Shown here piece by piece: positions 26,494-28,883 of a stretch of 28,883 nt of DNA; positions within the stretch are counted from its first letter, which is position 1; every line of letters starts with the position of its first letter. The notes below the pieces were generated by a model. That model was not told the origin of the DNA. It was given only the letters and a program-made list of their open reading frames with translations, and made no database searches. Source of the DNA: a virus (Duplodnaviria > Caudoviricetes); IMG/VR virus record IMGVR_UViG_3300006118_000031, positions 1-28,883 of that record; one strand, given 5' to 3'. The position numbers and the translations under genes were made by a program.

Positions 26494-27492
26494 TTACTCT
26501 GCTGATTTACGATTGCGAATCATGCTAAGAATTTCAGCAGCGCGAGCATTACTATCAGATTTTGGCGCTGTGCTAATTGGAGCAGTTGCTACTTGCTGAT
26601 CTTCATCCCAAGGAGCAGTTTCTTCTTTAACACTTGCAACTTGTGGACGAGCAGAAGGAACACTACGAGCAACTGATACGTCTTCTGCATCGACTGCATC
26701 ACCACGTAGACCAGTTGGCTTGTAGTATTGACCCCAACGTGCTTCATCATATGTTGCACCATCAACGCTAGACTCAAACATTTCTTTAATAACTTTAAGT
26801 TCAGCATCGCCAGGTTTTTTAGGAAGGAAACTCTTCAAATCAAACAGACCAAATGCATCAATTGCTGCACGTTCTGATTGAATGAGTGCGGATTCCTTAC
26901 GCGCCCACTTGCTGGTAGCATAGTCTGCATACTGACCCTTGCTAGTTTTAGTGATACTGAAATCCAACCCACGATCATAATCTGTTGGAATTTCTTCGAT
27001 ATCAGGGTCTTTCAAAGCAGCGATGATCAAAGGATAAATGCTTGGGCTAATTACGAACCTACGAATTGGATTTTCGGGTTCGTTGTCTTCTGCAAGTGGA
27101 TTTTCACGAACAAATCCTTGGAAGATATAAGAACGCTTCTTCCAATACTTACGACCCATTTCTTCTAGGCTCTTGTCTTTGAACCAAGTGCGAACCTCTG
27201 TAAGAATTGGGCATGTTTCATTATACATTTCCATACAAGGAACTTGAACAACAACAGGCTTGCTGCCCATTTGACCCTTAACTCCCGAAAATGGGAGACG
27301 GATCATAGCACGTTCAACCCAGAAAAAATCATTTTTTTCATCACCATCAGGTAAGAACCTGATACGTGATGTAGAACCTTCTGGAATGTCCCAATGTGGA
27401 TAGATTGCGTTATCACGACCGCCGCCGTTAGAACCGCTACTGCGGGTTTCTTGTTGTGCAAGTTTTGCACGGATTTCTGCCAATGAAGCCAT
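26494..27492 (-). CDS. Single-stranded DNA-binding protein (T4 gp32-like)
   Basis: IRFLPDG, VPC.EMY..TCPI, YWKKRSY, GLDF..TK, YADYATSKW, acidic/low-complexity C-terminus. Confidence 0.88.
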   Translation of the reverse strand: MASLAEIRAKLAQQETRSSGSNGGGRDNAIYPHWDIPEGSTSRIRFLPDGDEKNDFFWVERAMIRLPFSGVKGQMGSKPVVVQVPCMEMYNETCPILTEVRTWFKDKSLEEMGRKYWKKRSYIFQGFVRENPLAEDNEPENPIRRFVISPSIYPLIIAALKDPDIEEIPTDYDRGLDFSITKTSKGQYADYATSKWARKESALIQSERAAIDAFGLFDLKSFLPKKPGDAELKVIKEMFESSVDGATYDEARWGQYYKPTGLRGDAVDAEDVSVARSVPSARPQVASVKEETAPWDEDQQVATAPISTAPKSDSNARAAEILSMIRNRKSAE

Positions 27493-27525
27493 AGTTTTTC
27501 CCTTTCTGTTTGCCTAAATTGTGCC

Positions 27526-27561
27526 TTATACACTTGTTACCAAGTGCATAATGTATTTATA
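27526..27561 (-). promoter_or_regulatory. Late promoter and 5' GNRA hairpin of the gp32 leader
   Basis: TATAAATA (27554-27561) followed by TTATGCACTTG-GTAA-CAAGTGTATAA hairpin (27526-27551). Confidence 0.6.
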
Positions 27562-27605
27562 CACGGAAGCAAGAGTAATAGCAATATATTTTCGGCTCAT
27601 GATTA

Positions 27606-27634
27606 AAAATAGTTGATTGCCAAATAAATGTCAA
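27606..27634 (-). promoter_or_regulatory. sigma70-like promoter upstream of gp32
   Basis: TTGACA-N17-TATTTT. Confidence 0.45.
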
Positions 27635-27645
27635 TAAGTATTTTG

Positions 27646-28883
27646 ATGCCAAATGAAAAAGTTTTTTGTAATGTTCCTTGGTCCAATCTTCACTTATATT
27701 GGGATGGCAGTTTTGGTGCATGTTGTAGTGAACAAGAAAAAATCTATGATGATTCTGAAAGTCAAAAATATAATATAGCAAATATGACAGTTTCAGAATG
27801 GTTTAACAGTAAGCCTATGGAAGATTTTAGACAAAAAATTAATAGTGAACAACATGTTTCTGCATGCAGACAGTGTTATAAACAAGAAAGTTTAGGACAT
27901 GAAAGTCGTAGAATTAAAGAAAATTTTAAGTCAGTTATTTTTACTGAACTTAACTTTCACAAAAGTTATAAACAAAGTCCTTGGTATAAACATTTTGAAG
28001 AAAGCAAAAATAAAGAAAAAACAAGTCTTTTGCCTATTGATTGGCATATAGATTTAGGCAACGAATGCAACTTTGCTTGTAAAATGTGTGATGAAAAAGC
28101 AAGCAGTAAAATAGCAAGTTATCTAAAAATTCATAAAAAATATAGTGGTCCAACTACTAAAGATTGGTCTAAAAACAAAACTGCCTATGATAATTTTTTG
28201 CAAGCAATTGATACTATAAGTGTAAAAAGAATACACTTTATGGGTGGAGAACCCACGTTATCAAAATCTTTTTACAAAATAATTGATTACTTGATTGCAA
28301 ATAAAAGACATGAAATTAGTTTAAGTTTTGTTACAAATGGTTCTAAAATAGATACAGCATTATTTGAAAAATTAAAATACTTTGAAAGAGTTGATATTGA
28401 AATTAGTATCGAGTCATTATACAAGAATAATGATTATATAAGACAAGGATGTGACACAGAAAGTTTAGTTAAAACAATTAAAGATTTTAATGGTTTAGAT
28501 AATAAAATTAATATTGTGTTAAGAACTGTTCCACAATTATTAAGTGTTAATAATTATTCTAAATTAATTCAATTTGCATCCCAAAACAACTTGATTATTG
28601 AATCTATACCATTAATAGAGCCAGATTTTTTACAAGTGAACGTTTTGCCACAAGAAATTAGAATAAAATTTATTAGCGAATTACAAGATTTAAAAAATAC
28701 TTTATCAAAAAACATTCAATTTAAGACTATACAAAATGGTAGGTCACTAGGGACTATTAATCAGAAACTTATTAGAGAATGTGATACTATAATTAACATG
28801 TGCAACGAGAAAACACCAGAAAACGTGAATGAATTAGAAAATAAACTATGTAATCATTTAATGTTTTGGGATAATATATACAA
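27646..28883 (+). CDS. Radical SAM protein with N-terminal SPASM/twitch-like domain (3' partial)
   Basis: Not in ORF track. MPNEKVFCNVPW...GACC...CRQCY; CNFACKMC (CxxxCxxC); MGGEP; FVTNGS; ISIES; open to the window end. Confidence 0.88.
   Translation, partial: MPNEKVFCNVPWSNLHLYWDGSFGACCSEQEKIYDDSESQKYNIANMTVSEWFNSKPMEDFRQKINSEQHVSACRQCYKQESLGHESRRIKENFKSVIFTELNFHKSYKQSPWYKHFEESKNKEKTSLLPIDWHIDLGNECNFACKMCDEKASSKIASYLKIHKKYSGPTTKDWSKNKTAYDNFLQAIDTISVKRIHFMGGEPTLSKSFYKIIDYLIANKRHEISLSFVTNGSKIDTALFEKLKYFERVDIEISIESLYKNNDYIRQGCDTESLVKTIKDFNGLDNKINIVLRTVPQLLSVNNYSKLIQFASQNNLIIESIPLIEPDFLQVNVLPQEIRIKFISELQDLKNTLSKNIQFKTIQNGRSLGTINQKLIRECDTIINMCNEKTPENVNELENKLCNHLMFWDNIY

Noticed and set aside
5952-27781. 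Other antisense or overlapping track ORFs (e.g. 5952..6455, 11190..11660, 14089..14454, 15505..15780, 24607..24906, 26878..27168, 27303..27533, 27557..27781)
   Set aside because: They lie wholly or largely over well-supported genes on another frame or strand, with no motifs or ribosome-binding sites
1-28883. Stop-codon reassignment (TAG or TGA recoding)
   Set aside because: Conserved genes are full length in the standard code, and TAA, TGA and TAG all end genes at tight junctions
1-28883. CRISPR array, long non-coding repeat array, integrase, transposase or reverse transcriptase
   Set aside because: No regularly spaced repeats seen, intergenic gaps are under about 155 nt, and no such motifs were recognised

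Overview
AT-rich, densely coding fragment of a large T4-like (Caudoviricetes) dsDNA phage genome, read in the standard genetic code and mostly on the minus strand. It carries a replication/recombination module: gp41/DnaB helicase (partial), gp61/DnaG primase, a 186-aa mini DnaE-like protein, a probable clamp-loader small subunit, UvsW, UvsY, UvsX/RecA and gp32 SSB. It also has a free-standing HNH endonuclease and tRNA-Ala(UGC). A large set of modification enzymes is present: a GDP-mannose dehydratase / sugar C-methyltransferase / glycosyltransferase / FkbM cluster, a PIG-L deacetylase with a GT-like neighbour, an SGNH protein, a tandem sulfotransferase-like pair with a 2OG-Fe(II) oxygenase, and a radical SAM protein (partial). 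Notable points are the minimal DnaE keeping all three catalytic aspartates, an A-B-A'-B' array of four unknown paralogs, and a regular promoter grammar (sigma70-like and TAAATA late-like boxes placed to give leaderless mRNAs). All product calls come from motif recognition by eye; no database searches were run.
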